Positions 39,250 through 52,500 of a stretch of 64,000 bases of DNA are shown piece by piece. The position numbers and the translations under genes are program-made. Source of the stretch: Mobula hypostoma (Eukaryota); assembly GCF_963921235.1 (NCBI RefSeq), contig NC_086097.1:32304001-32368000 (forward strand), read 5' to 3'. Position 1 is the first letter of the stretch, and every line of letters starts with the position of its first letter. The notes under the pieces were generated by a model. The model was not told the origin of the DNA. It ran no database searches and saw nothing but the letters and a program-made list of their open reading frames with translations.

Positions 39250-42200
39250 AAGAGACGGCATATAATAAAGCAAAAAATAGTGGGAAGTTAGAGGATTGGG
39301 AAGTTTACAAATACCAACAGAAGGCAACTAAAGTCATCAATAAGAAGGTAAGGATGGAAGAGGAAAGTAAGCTAGCCAATAATATTAAAGAGGATACCAA
39401 AAGTTTCTTTTGACAGTATAAAAGAGAGGAGAGGGTGGATATTGGACCACTGGAAAACGACGCTGGAGTGGTAGTAATGGGAGACAACGAAATGGCAGAC
39501 GAACTGAATTAAGTATTTTGCATCAGTCTTTACTGTGGAAAACACTAGCAGTATGATGGAAGTTCCAGGACACATGGGGCATTAATGCAGTGGTCCCCAA
39601 CCACCGGGCCACAAAGCATGTGCTACTGGGCCATGGGGAAACGATACGATTTGGCAATATGAAACGATATGAGTCAGCTGCACCTTTCCTCATTCCCTAT
39701 CACGCACTGTTGAACTTGAACATAGGGTTGCCAACTGTCCCATATTAGCCGGGACATCCCGTATATTGGGCTAAATTGGTTTGTCCCATATGGGACGGTC
39801 CTTGTTCCGTATTTCCCCAGCTAAGGTAGGGTGTTCGTATGAAACCGTTCGTAAGCCAAAATGATGTAAAGTGAAGAAGCTATTACCATTAATTTATATG
39901 GGAAAAATTTTTGAGCGTTCCCAGACCCAAAAAATAACCTACCAAATCACACCAAATAACACATAAAAAAACCCTAAAATAACACTAACATATAGTAAAA
40001 GCAGGGATGATATGATAATACACAGCCTATATAAAGTAGAAATAATGTACGTACAGTGTAGGTTCACATAACAGAATCGGGAAGATTAAGCCAAAACCAA
40101 TTTGTAGAAAAAATAAAATCGGCACGTACACACCTGTGCACACAGGTGCCCGCACAAGGCTTCATGGTCATGGTAGTCTTTCTCAGGGTAAACACAAGTG
40201 TCCCGTATTTGACTGCTACTTTTGTCCCTTATTTGGGAGTGAGAAAGTTGGCAACCCTACTTGAACACCACCCCCTGCACTCCCCCCCCCACCCCCCAGT
40301 CGGCCGGTCTGCAAGAATATTAGAATATTGTCAATATTAAACCGGTCCGCAGTGCAAAAAAGGTTGGGGACCCCTGCATTAATGTGTGAAGGTACCATAA
40401 CTAGAGAGAAGGTTCTTGGGAAACTGAAAGGTCTGAATGTAGATAAGTCACCTGGACCAGATGATATGGACTCCAGGGTTCTGAAGAAGGTGGCCGAAGA
40501 GATTGTGGAGGTATTAGTAATGATATTTCAAGAATCACTAGGTTCTAGAATGGTTCCAGAAGACTCTAAAATTGCAAATGTCACTCCACTCTTCAAAAAG
40601 GGAGAGAGGTAGAAGAAAGGAAATTATAGGCAAGTTAGTCTGACCTCAGTGGTTGGGAAGATGTTGGAGTCAATCGTTAGGGATTTGGTTTCGGGGTACT
40701 TAGAGACACATGATAAAATAGGCTTTTGTCAGCATGGTTTCCTGAGGAGAAAATCTGTTGATGCTATGTACTAGATTTTCAGAAGGCCTTTGACAAGGTT
40801 GCTTGAGGCTGCTTTACAAGCTATAAGCCCATGCTATTACAGAGAAGATTCTAGCATGGATAAACAAGTGGCTGACTGGCAGGAGGGAAAGAGTGGGAAT
40901 GAAGGGAGCTTTTTCTGGTTGGCTCCCAGTGACTAATGGTATTCCACAGGGGTTTGTGTTGCAACCAATTCTTTTTATGTCATATGCTATTGATGGCTTT
41001 GTGGCTTTGTTGCAAAGTTTGCAGACAATATGAAGATGAGTGGAGGAGCAGGTAGTTTTGGGGAAGTAGAGAACTGATTACTGATTAGGAAAAATTACAC
41101 TAATTAGGAAAATAGGCAAAGAAATGGCAGATGGAATACAGCGTCAGGAAGTACACTCATGCACTTTGGTAATAGAAAAGAAAGGGTTGACCATGCTCTA
41201 AATGGAGAGAAAATACACAAAAAAAAATGAGGTGCAAAGGGACTTGGGAGTGCTTCTGCAGGATTCCCTAAAGGTTAATTTGCAGGCTGAGTCTGTGGTG
41301 AGGAAGGCAAATGTAATGTTGACATTCATTTCAAGAGAACTAGAATATAAAAGGATGTAATGTTCAGAATTTATAAAGCACTGGGGAGGCCTCACGAAGT
41401 ATTGTGAGCAGTTTTGGGCCCCTTATCTTAGAAAGGATGTGCTGAAACTGGAGAGGAGTCCAAAGGAGGTTCATAAAAAGGATTCCAGGTTTGAAGAGCG
41501 TTTGAAGGCTCTGGGCCTGTATTCACTGTAATTCAGAAGAATGAGGGGCAAATGGTGAAGGTGAAAGGCCTTGAAACAGTGGATATGGAGAGGATGTTTC
41601 CTATGGTGGGAGAGTCTAAGACCAGAGGACACAGCCGCAAAATAAAGGGGCATCCTTTTAGAACAGAGATGAGGAGGAATTTCTTTAGCCAGAGAGTGGT
41701 GAATCTGTGGAATTCTTTGCCACAGGCAGCTGTGGAGGCCAAGTCTTTATGTATATTTAAGGCAGATGTTGATATTCTTGATTGGTCAGGGCATGAAGGG
41801 ATACAGGGAGAAGGCAGGAGATTGAGCTGAAAGGAAAAATGGATCAGCCATGAAGTGGTGGAGCAGACTCGATGAGCCAAATGGCCCAATTCTGCTCCTA
41901 TGTTTTATGGTCTTTGACTGGAATGTGAAAGGAGACTGGAGCCCCTGGCAAAAATACATTGCAGTTAAGGAGAGGACATTCAAACTCCCTTAAAAGACAT
42001 TGAACCCAGATTGGTGATCACTGGCTCAATAAATTGACTGCACAAACCACAATGCAAGGTAAGCCAGCCAATAATATAAGAGGATGCTAAAAGTTTTCTC
42101 ATATACACTCTATTAAAAAGTAAGAGGCAAGAGTGGATATCGGACCACAGTAAAATCATAGTATAGCGGTAGAAATAGCTGGAGTGGGGTTTCAATGAAA

Positions 42201-43830
42201 TGGCAGACAAACTATGTAAGTATTTTGTCTTCAGCATAAAATAAGTATAATACTTCTAAGCACATCTTCAGTGTAGAAGTATGCCAGAAACATGCAAGTT
42301 TCTGCGAACAGAAGTAAGTGTAGTTGCTATTACTAAGGATGAGGTGCTTGGGGAGCTGAAAGATCTTAGATATAGATCAGTCACCTGGACCAGTCGGACT
42401 ACATCCTGGGGTTCTGAAAGAGGTGGCTGAAGAGATTGTGGAGGCGTTTGTAATGATCTTTCAAGAATCACTAGATTCTAGAATGGTTCCAGAGAACTGG
42501 AAAATTGCAAATGTCACTCCACTCTAAGAAAGGAGGGAGGCAGACAATAGGAAATTTTAGGCTAGCTAGCCAGACTTTAATGGATTGGCAAGTTGTTAGA
42601 GTCAAATATTACAGATGAAGTGTTGGGGTACTTGGAGGCACATGACAAGATAGGCAGAAATCAGCATAGATACCTTAAGGAACATCTTGCCTGACAAATC
42701 TGTTTGAATTCTCTGAGGAAATGACGGGCAGAGTAAAGTCAGTGGATGTTGTTTACTTGGATTTTCAGAAGGTGTTTGACAAAGTGTTGCACATGAGGCT
42801 GCTTTATGAGATAAGAGCCCATGATATTACAGGAAAGATAGCAGCCTGAACAGAAGATTGGTTGACTGGCAGGAGGCAAAGGGTGGGAAAAGGGGTGCCT
42901 TTTCTGATTGGCTACTGGTGTCTAGTGGTGTTCTGCAAGAGTTGGTATTGGGACCACTTCTTTTCATGTTATATGCAACGATCTGGATGACAGAATCGAT
43001 GGCTTTGTGACCAAGTTTGCAGATGATACAAAGATAGGTGGAGGGGCAGGCAGTGTTGAGGAAACGGATTCTGCAGAAGGACTCAGACTGATTAGGAGAT
43101 GGCAGCTAGAATATAGTGTAGGGAAGTGTACGGTCATGCAATGTGTTAGAAGGAGTAAAGGCTTATTTTATTTTCTAAATGGGGACTGAATTCAGAAGTG
43201 AGAGGTGCAAAGGGACTTGGGAGCCTTAGTGCAGTATTTCCTAAAGGCTACTTTGCAGGTAGAATCAGTAGTAAGGAAGGTAAATGGTTAACATGAGCAT
43301 CATTTGATGGCTCTGGGCCTATAGTCACTGGAATTTAGAACAATGAGGGGGGAATCTACCTGGAACTTATCGAATGTTGGAAGGCCTACTTGGGGAACAT
43401 GGGGAATCAAGGACCGGAGGGCACAGCATCAGAATACAATGACATTACTTCAGAACAAAGAATAGGAAGAACTCTTTAGTCCGAGGGTGGTGAATCTGTG
43501 GAATTCATTGCCACAGACAGCTGTGGAGGCCAGGTCATTGGGTATATTTAAAGTGGAGATTGATAGGTTTGTGATTAGTAAGATGTCAAAAGTTATGAGG
43601 AGGCAAGACAATGAGAATGAGAGGGATCATAAATCAGCCATGATGGAATGTCACAGCAGACCCAATGGGCTGAATGGTTTAATTCAGCTCTCCTGTTTTA
43701 TGTTCAAATCCATTGTTAGCTCTCATTTTGAGAGGACTATAATATAAAAACAAGAATGGAATGTGGAGGCTTTTCAGGCATTGGTCAGACCACATTTGGA
43801 GTATTGTAGTGAGTTTTGGGTCCCTTATTA
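39250..43830 (+). mobile_element. Cluster of older degenerate CR1 ORF2 copies
   Basis: Repeated KSPGPD, DFQKAFDKV, KFADDTK and VVNLWNSLP remnants with many stops. Confidence 0.85.
39588..40376 (+). mobile_element. hAT (Charlie-type) composite MITE, copy 1
   Basis: TIRs CAGTGGTCCCCAACC / GGTTGGGGACCCCTG and a perfect 8-bp TSD CATTAATG. Confidence 0.9.
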
Positions 43831-44983
43831 CAGGGGTCCCCAACCACCGGGCCACAAGGCATGCACTACCGGGCCGCGAGGAAACGATATGATTTGGAGA
43901 TAGGAGTCAGCTGCACCTCTCCTCGTTCCCTGTCACGCCCACTGTTGAGCTTGAACGCACGCGTTACTCGCACATCATCAACTCCTCGAGCTTGCAAATG
44001 ATGGCGGGCTGAAAAGTATGTTTGACATAACATCTCTGCCGGCATTCTGGATCAAAGTCAAGGCTGAATATCCTGAGATAGCCACAATAACACTGAAAAC
44101 GTTGCTTCCATTTCCAACATATCTCTGCAATGAATGCAACGAAAACTAAATTGTGGAATAGACTGGACATAAGGAACCCCCTTCGAGTATCGCTGTCTCC
44201 CATCACCCCTCGATGGCACCGTCTTGTTGCAGGAAAACAAGCCCAGGGCTCCCACTGATTCAGTGATATTGGTGCGTTGCAATGATTTTATATGTTCATA
44301 CGAGGAAAATATGCGCTGTGTGTTTGATATCCAAACGTTACTTAAAATGTTATGATGCTATTATAAGTGACTTATATAACCATGTAACAATTACGGCACG
44401 GAAACAGGCGATCTCGCCCCTTCTAGTCCGTGCCGAACGCTACTCTCACCTAGTCCCACCGACCTGCACTCAGCCCATAACCCTCCATTCCTTTCCTGTC
44501 CATATACCTATCCAATATTTCTTTAAATGATAATACCGAACCTGCCTCTACCACTTCTAATGGAAGTTCGTTCAACACTTCAAGCTCCCCTGATAATTGT
44601 CTTATCGCTATATTCATGCGAGGAAAATATGCGCTGTGTGTTTAATATTAAATTCGTTAGATAAACCCTTTTAGAAACGAAATTGAGTGTATTAGCCACT
44701 ATCACCTCTATTCCGGTCGTGATTAACACGCCGCCGCCGCCAACAGAATCGGCAAAAACAATTTTTAAGAAATCAGCACGTAAACGCACGCGCAAGTTAC
44801 GCATGCGCACTGGTGCCCGCGCAAGGCTTCATGGTCATTGTAGTCTTTCTCCGGGTAAACCCAACGTATTTGACTGCTAGTCTTGTACGTTGGCAACCCT
44901 ACCCCCCCCCCCCCCGGGTCGGTCCGCAAGAATATTGTCAATATGAAACCGGTCGGCAGTATGAAAAAGGTTGGGGACCCCTG
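43831..44983 (+). mobile_element. hAT (Charlie-type) composite MITE, copy 2
   Basis: TIRs CAGGGGTCCCCAACC / GGTTGGGGACCCCTG, 8-bp TSD CCTTATTA and a transposase C-terminal remnant. Confidence 0.9.
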
Positions 44984-45815
44984 CCTTATTAAGAAAGGAC
45001 ATGCTAGCTTTGGAAAGGGTCCAGGGGAGGTTCATGAAAATGATTCCAGAACTGAAAAGGGTTAATGTACGAAGAGCATTTGATGGCTCTGGGCCTGTAC
45101 TCACTGTTTAGAAGAAGGGGAGGGGGTGGGGTGGGGGCAATCTCACAGAAACTTGGCAATTATATTGAAAGGCATAGATAGAGTGGATGTGGACAAGATG
45201 TTTCCTATAGATAGACAGATACCAAAGGAAATTACAGTGTCACAGTAGCATTGCAATATTAGAAGAGAAGAACAAATACAAAATAAGTTACCTCAGTCTA
45301 ACAGACTATAGGTTGACTCATTATAGAGCCCAATGGCTGAGGGCAAGAAAGACCTTACAGAACACTTTTTGGAGCAGCATAGTTATCTTGGTCTACTACT
45401 AAAAGTGCTCTTCTGTTCAGCCAAGGTGGCATGCAGAAGGTGAGAAACATTGTCCAGAATTGCCAGAATTTTCTACCACAGCCTCCAGTGTGTCCAGTTT
45501 GACTCCCGCAACAGCCAGTCTTTCTAATTAGTTTTTTGAGCCCGTGGGCATCACCCATGTTGATGCCATTGCCCAGCACACCACCACGTAGAAGATTGTA
45601 CTAGCGACAACAGACTGATAGAACGTGTGAAGGAGAGGTCTGCATACGCCAAAGGATCTCAGTCTCCTCAGGAGGTAGAGGCGACTCTGGTCCTTGTACA
45701 CAGCCTCTGTGTTGGTGCTCCACTCTAGTCTGTCATCCAGGTGTACCCCCAGTTACTTGTAGGTCTTCACCTATAGTGGGGCACAACTTCAGAATAGAAG
45801 GACATACCTTTAGAA

Positions 45816-47838
45816 CAGGGGTGCCCAAGCTTTTATGCACCACGGACCGGTTTAATATTGACAATATTCTTGTGGACCGGCCGACCGGTTTGGGGGGTGG
45901 GGGGGGCGGGGGTGTTAATCACGACCGGAATACAGGTGATAAGTCGACTAAGTCACTTATAATTGGCTAATGCACGCAATTTCATTTCTAAAAGGGTTTA
46001 CCTAACGAATTTAATATTAAACACACAGCGCATATTTTCCCCATATGAACATATAAAATCATTGCAATGCACCAATATCGCTGAATCAGTGGGAGCCCTG
46101 GGCTTGTTTTCCTGCAACAAGACAGTCCTATCGAGGGGTGATGGGAGACAGCGATACTCGAAGGGGGTTCCTTATGTCCAGTCTATTCCGCAATTTAGTT
46201 TTCATTGCATTCATTGCAGAAAAGCCCGCTTCGCAGAGATATGATGGTGGAAATGGAAGCAATGTTTTCAGTGCTTTTGTGGCTATTTCAGGATATTCAG
46301 CCTTGACTTTGATCCAGAATGCCGGCAGAAATGTTATGTCAAACATACTTTTCAACCCACCGTCATTTGCAAGCTCGAGGAGTTGATCTTCTTCCCACGT
46401 TGAGTTCTAAGGTATCGGAAAAGCTTGAAAGAGCTCGTAAAGGTGTTACACTTAGTGTAAAACTAGACATAATTAAGTGTTTCGATTGTGGTGAACGAAG
46501 TAAGGACAAAGTGAGTTTGGCTTGTGGGAGCTGACGAAGATGGTGTTGAAGAGGTTTTGGCATCCCATGACCAAGAACTGATAGATGAAGAGCTGATGCA
46601 ATTGGAAGAGGAAAGGATAACAATCGAAACCGAATGCAGTAGCGAACGGACCGAAAGTGAAGTCGTCCAGGAACTGAACGTGAAGCAACTGCGTGAGATT
46701 TTCACTGCAATGATAGAGTACAATTTTAATTTTGAAAGGGTACATCGGTTTAGGGCATATTTGTAGGATGGATTGAGTGCTTACAAAGAACTGTATGATA
46801 GAAAAATACGCGAGGCTAAGCAGTCAAGCAAGCCTTCCACATCAGCCACAGCAGACGACAAACCTTGACTTTCGACATCCAGGCAGGCAGACATAGAAGA
46901 TGATGAACCGCCTGCCGCGATGGAAACAGGCGACGATGAGATGACACCCCAGTGTCCCACCACCCCAACCCCCGGGCCGCGGACCGATACATTGCCCCGG
47001 AGAATGCAGCGGTAGCCGGGAGGCACCCAGCACATCTTTAAGAAAAAAGCCCAAATAAACAAGCTAATTAATTAGGTGCCACCCGGCATATAAATGTTGG
47101 CCCAGATCAGACGTGATTGCGTCACCTCTGATCTGGGCCGACATTTACGTGCCGGGCGGCACCTAATCAATTAGCTAGTTTACTTTGGCTTTTTTCTTAA
47201 AGATGTGCTGGGTGCGTCCCGGCTACCACTGTACCCCTGCAGGGTTCGCGGATCAGTATTGGTTCACTGCCCAGAGGTTGGGGACCACTGCACCACCCGA
47301 ACCTCCGACGACTCAGCCTAACACACCATCATCAGTGTGCTCGGCGCTGTCTTCCTAATTCTAGTAAGTGATACTACACTGTACACACATTATTTCTACT
47401 TTATATTGGCTGTGTATTTTTATGTGTTATTTGGTATGATTTGGCAGCTTCATAGCTTAAAGGTTACTGGAGAGAGTGTTTCTGCTGAGAGCGCTTGCGT
47501 GAGATTTTCGCTATGGAGAACAGTGCGGCAATGATTGTAGAGAAGTATTTCTACTTTATATAGGCTGTGTATTTATCATATCATTCCTGCTTTTACTATA
47601 TGTTACTGTTATTTTAGTTGTGTGTTATTTGGCATGATTTGGTAGGTTATTTTTGTGTCTGCAAATGCTCACAAATTTTTCCCATATAAATAAATGGTAA
47701 TTGCTTCTTCGCTTTATGACATTCCGGCTTACAAACCGTTTAATAGGAACGCTCTACCTTCAGATGGCGGGGGAAACCTGTAGTTTCATATTGCCAAATC
47801 ATATCATTCCCTCGCGCCCTGGTGGTTGGGGACCACTG
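45816..47838 (-). mobile_element. hAT (Charlie-type) composite element, copy 3, carrying Tigger/pogo-like fragments
   Basis: 8-bp TSD CTTTAGAA, hAT dimerisation remnant 46128-46355 (FWIKVKAEYPEIA...PSYLCEAGFS) and Tigger-like peptides (RKGVTLSVKLDIIK; VEEVLASHDQELIDEELMQLEEE). Confidence 0.88.
47007..47231. repeat. Long near-perfect inverted repeat (about 225 bp)
   Basis: Arms CAGCGGTAGCCGGGA...CCCAGATCAGA / TCTGATCTGGG...TCCCGGCTACCACTG, centred near 47118. Confidence 0.9.
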
Positions 47839-48626
47839 CTTTAGAACAGAGATGACAAGGAATTTCTTTAGCCAGAAGAGGTGGAACTGTGGAATTCAGT
47901 GTCACAAATGGCTGCAGAGGTCAAGTTATTGGGCATACTTAAAGCAGGGGTTGATAGGTTCTTGATTAGTAAGGATGTCAAAGGTTATAGACGGAAGGCA
48001 GGAGAATGGGGTTGAGGAGGATTATAAATCATCCATGATGGAATGGCTGAGCGGACTCAATGGTCCAAATTGCCTAATTCTGCTCCTTAAAATGCCTTCC
48101 AAATAGTTTTGTAGGTGCAAGTGTGTATATTCAGATCATCGACTTTAATTCACCGAAAATGAAATTTATTCCTGTTCTTTCTATATAATTATATGAAATC
48201 ACAGCTCCCTGCCAGTCTCTCCTCTCCTGGACCTCATGCCCTAACCCCCACCCCATACCTACACCCCAAATCAAAAGTCAAGAGTAAAATTTGACAAATT
48301 TTGTACGTGTTGCTACATGCTGCCTTGAGATTCGTTTCCTTGCCTGTAACGACTACATTAAATTTTACAAAACAAACTATACATAACAAAAGACTGACGA
48401 ACAGCTAATGTACAAGCCCTGATCCGCCGCACCACCCTCATTCCACAACCTCCAGCCTAACACCTCACCAGGACCCATCCATCACTGCTATCCTCCTATC
48501 TCCATAACCTCTCCATCTCTGCCCAACCCAACCGCAACCCTCTCCCCTTACTTCCCCCACCCCATCCATGACCCTACCCCGCCGCTGCCCTCAACCCATC
48601 CCTACCCCGTCCCCCACACCCATCAC

Positions 48627-48930
48627 CTTGCCGAATCTCCTGATCCTCCAGCACGTTGTAGGCGCCGTAGCCCTCGACGCCGTGCATTCTCAGGATCTGC
48701 ACCACGGCGTTGCTGAAGCCGCACATGGGCTGGGCGGGGGTGCCCTTGATGAAGACCACCACCTTGTCCTTCTTCACTAGCGAGTCCAGCCGCCGCCGGA
48801 GTGCGCCCTCAGCCTCCGATCCGCCGTCACCCGCTCCTCCTGCCGACCCTTCGCTCAGCCACCGCCCCGGCACCCGCGCCGTTGCCCGCCGAACGATCGA
48901 CCGACAAGCCGCTTGAAGCAGGGAGGACAT
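48627..48930 (-). CDS. GLRX5: Glutaredoxin-5 (mitochondrial monothiol glutaredoxin), coding exon 1
   Basis: ATG at 48930, an Arg/Ser/Ala-rich presequence ([19 protein letters not shown]...), then [34 protein letters not shown]...[11 protein letters not shown] with the CGFS active site. The exon ends at a phase-1 donor CAAG|GTGATG. Confidence 0.97.
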
Positions 48931-49560
48931 GTCCAACACTCCAGACCACCAGGCTCGTAGCGCGGCCTGAAATGCTCACTGGCTGCCGGCCATATGACCC
49001 CGCCCCTCCCAGGTTTCTATTGGTGAGATTGAAAATCAATCGGAGTTCTTTGCTGTTCTATTGCACGATCCTTCCATCAGTCAAACCTAACTCGGTCCTA
49101 CACAAAGTCCAAATCTCATCCTCTACGGGTGACCTTAACCTTAAACCGGAGCTAAAAAAATCACTAAACTCACAGTGACCACTACAGAAATTGTTCACGA
49201 AATAAACCGACTCTCTTATGTCTGTTTATTATTTTTTGTGAGGTGAAGACCCGCCCTCCATTCTCCGTGATGTCATTGGAGAACAGCGATAATGGGTAAA
49301 TGAATCGGTGGGGGCGGTGAAAAACCGTGTGTTTGGGTTTCTATTTCCGGGGTCAGTAATATGGGGTCAGGCCGGTTTCACTGGATGCCGTTTAATGCTG
49401 GTGCTGTCTGTGTGCCGGTCTAGTGATGCAGGTATGAGCCCATCTGAATAGGCAGTGTCTCTCCATCAACGCAAACCTCTTCGCCCTTCGCTTCGGGGCC
49501 TGCGTTGTGCGTGTTCCGGTTTCCATGGCAACGGGCCTGCGCCCACCAAGCATGTCAGGC
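48931..49560. promoter_or_regulatory. CpG-rich bidirectional promoter (GLRX5 / divergent host ncRNA)
   Basis: Repeat-free CpG-rich island with GC boxes (CCCCGCCC ~48997, GGGGCGG ~49310), a reverse CCAAT (ATTGG ~49019), a palindromic RFX X-box GTTTCCATGGCAAC (49519-49532) and a + strand donor CAG|GTATGAG at 49431. Confidence 0.65.
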
Positions 49561-52500
49561 CCCGGCCTCTCCAGTCAGGAGTTGCCTCCGCCTCGGTATC
49601 CCCCAAGTCCCTGTCTGGCCCCGTCCTCAAGGTCATCGGCTTCTCGAGATAGGAACGACCTCCAAACAGGCCTGCATTCAGGATTGTTGGTCTGTCTCCA
49701 GTCGTGGCTTCATTATATGCAGGATTTGGAATCTTTAATGAGGGTGCAGAGGAGATTTACCAGGATGCTGCCTGGATTAGAGAGCATGTCTTATGAGAAA
49801 AGGCTGTGCGAGCTAGGGCTTTTCGCTTTGGAGCGAAGGAGGATGAGAGGTGTGTAAGATAATAAGAGGCATAAAATCGAGTGGACAGTCAGGGACATTT
49901 TCCCAGGGTGGAAATGGCTAATACAAGATGATTGGAGGAAAGTAGGCAGTTTGGTCGAGGTAAGTTTTTACCCAGCGTTGTGGGTGCGTGCAATCACCTA
50001 GTGGTAGGCTAGGGGTGGTGGTAAATTTTTGAATGGGCAATGAACTTGTGTACACTACCTAATTTTCAAAAATAATTTTTGCTCTTTTTGCACAACTTAT
50101 TTTATTTAAATATGCACATTTCTTATTGGACTTTATAGATTTTTTTATTATGTATAACAATGTACTGCTGGTGCAAAACAAAATTTCATAACATATGCCA
50201 GTGATATTAAACCTGATTCTGGTAGGGGCAGATACGTTATGATCAATTAAGAAACTCTTAGGAGATGTGGATGAAAGGAAAATAAGAGGGTTATGTAGGG
50301 TGGAAGGGCTAGATTTACCTTGAAGTAGGCTATAAGGTCGCTACAATATTGTGGGCCAAAGACCCTGTACTATGCTGTACTTTTCTATGTTCTTACTCTG
50401 TGATTTCCTGTGACCTTGGGCAGAGCTGTTCCAATAATATGTTGCGTATTTTATTCAGTTAATGTTCATGTGTGGTGCAGGACTTGTGAATCTTGTTGCT
50501 GAATCCAGGAGTTCTCCCCGTTTGCACTTTTTCAGCATGTAGTTGAAGACACTAAAATGTCCAGTGTTAGGGTGTGGGAGTGTCAAAGTTCCTGAATAAA
50601 ATTGCTCTCTTTGTCCTGAGAAGTTGGAGATAAAACCCACCCAACCATTGAGCACACCTACATGAAATGTTGCCACAGGAAAGCAGCATCCATTATCAAA
50701 GATCCTCAGCACCCAGGTAATGCTCTTTTCTCACTGCTGCCATCAGGTGGAAGGTACAAGAGCCTCAGGACTCGCACCACCAGGTTCAAGAACAGTTATT
50801 ACCCCTCAACCATCAGGCTCTTGAACAAAAGGGGATAACTACATTCACTTAAGAACTCTTATCTTGTTATTTCATGCTCATTATTTATTGCTATTTATTA
50901 TATCTGTATTTCACAGTTTGTCCATCGATCCTGTTTACAGTTACTATTATATAGATTTGCTAAGTGTGCCCTCAGAAAAAGAGTCTCAGGGTTGTATGTG
51001 GTGACATGTACAGTGTGTACTGTGATAATAAATTAAACTTGACTTTGAATAATACCTGGTACTCACATTCCCAACATATTATTTGGCTCAAAAAAAGTGA
51101 ACTGTTGGAAGAACTCAGCTGATCAGACAGCGACTGTGCCTGATCTGCTGAACCAAAGGAATGATTAACATTTCAGGCTGAGACAGATCAGAATCAGGTT
51201 TATTTGACATTTTGAGGCAGCAATACAGTACAAAGATGTAAAATTATAGATTACAAAATAAATAAATAATACAGAAAGAGTTATGTTTGTGGAGTATTCA
51301 GAAATCTGATGGTGGTGGGGAAGAGCTGTTCCCAAATCTTCAGATTCCTCTACCCCCTTCCAATAGCAGTAATAAGAAGGCATGATCTGGCTGTTGAGGG
51401 TTCTTACTGATGGATGCCACCTTCTTGAGGCATTGCCTGATGAAGATGTGCGTGATGGTGGGGAGGGGGAGGGTTGTGCCTGTGATGAAGCTGGTTGAAT
51501 CTACTAACCCTCTGCAGCCTCTTGCAATCGTGTGCATTGTGGCCTCCATGCCTGGTGGTGACATAACCAGTCTTACAAGAGTCTTTGGTGACATAGCAAC
51601 TCTCCTGAAGCTCCAAGTGAAGTGGATTGACTGGTGTGCCTTCTCGTAGTTGCATTTCTGTACTGGGCTCAAGACAGATCCTCAGAGATGTTGATACTGG
51701 GAGATTAAAGCCAAGGGTGTTGAGAGAAGATGGCCTGTAAAAGAGGTGAGCTGGAGGAGAGAGAGACAGAGGCTGATAAGTGGAACTAGTTGAGAGATAA
51801 TCAATGCAATCAGAGAAAGGGAGGTCCATCTGTCTCCCTCTACCTTCCCAGTTACTGAGACATGTCACTTCCCTACTAGCTCCAAATGCCCATCTATCAC
51901 TTTGACTCAAACCCTTCCTCTCACCTCTATCTTCTCTCTACACTTTTAGTCAACCATTCTTTTCCCTCTCGATGCTGCTTGGCCTGTTGGGTTCTTTCAG
52001 CAATACGTGCAAATGCTGGAGGAACTCAGCAGATCAGGCAGTATCCATGGAGGGAATAAACAGTTGATGTTTTGGGCTAAGACCCTTCATCAGGACAAAC
52101 AAAAAGAGAAGAATTAGAAGAGGGGGAAGAATGTAGGCTGGCAGGTGATAGGTGAGACAAGGGGAAGGTGGATGGGGGAGAAGGACAGAGGAGACAGACA
52201 TTACCAGGAGTTGGAGAAATTGAGTTCTTTTAGTAATTTTTTTTTGCTTGTGATTCAAGCATCTGTCTCACATGAGACCATAATGAGTTGTACTGTACGT
52301 CAGTTTCCATCTTCAAGCTCTTTCCCTGCAGCAGTTTGAGGTTAAATAGAGAATGGGGAAATAAAGTGAGAGCTGGTTTGATGTTTTGAGGTTGTATCCA
52401 GTAGCATTTGCAGGCACAGACGTCATCTGCCCATTTCCCTCGCCATCCACTTTCCTTTCCCTTTCCCTATGCGCTTACAGAGTCCTGTTGTCACGGAGAT

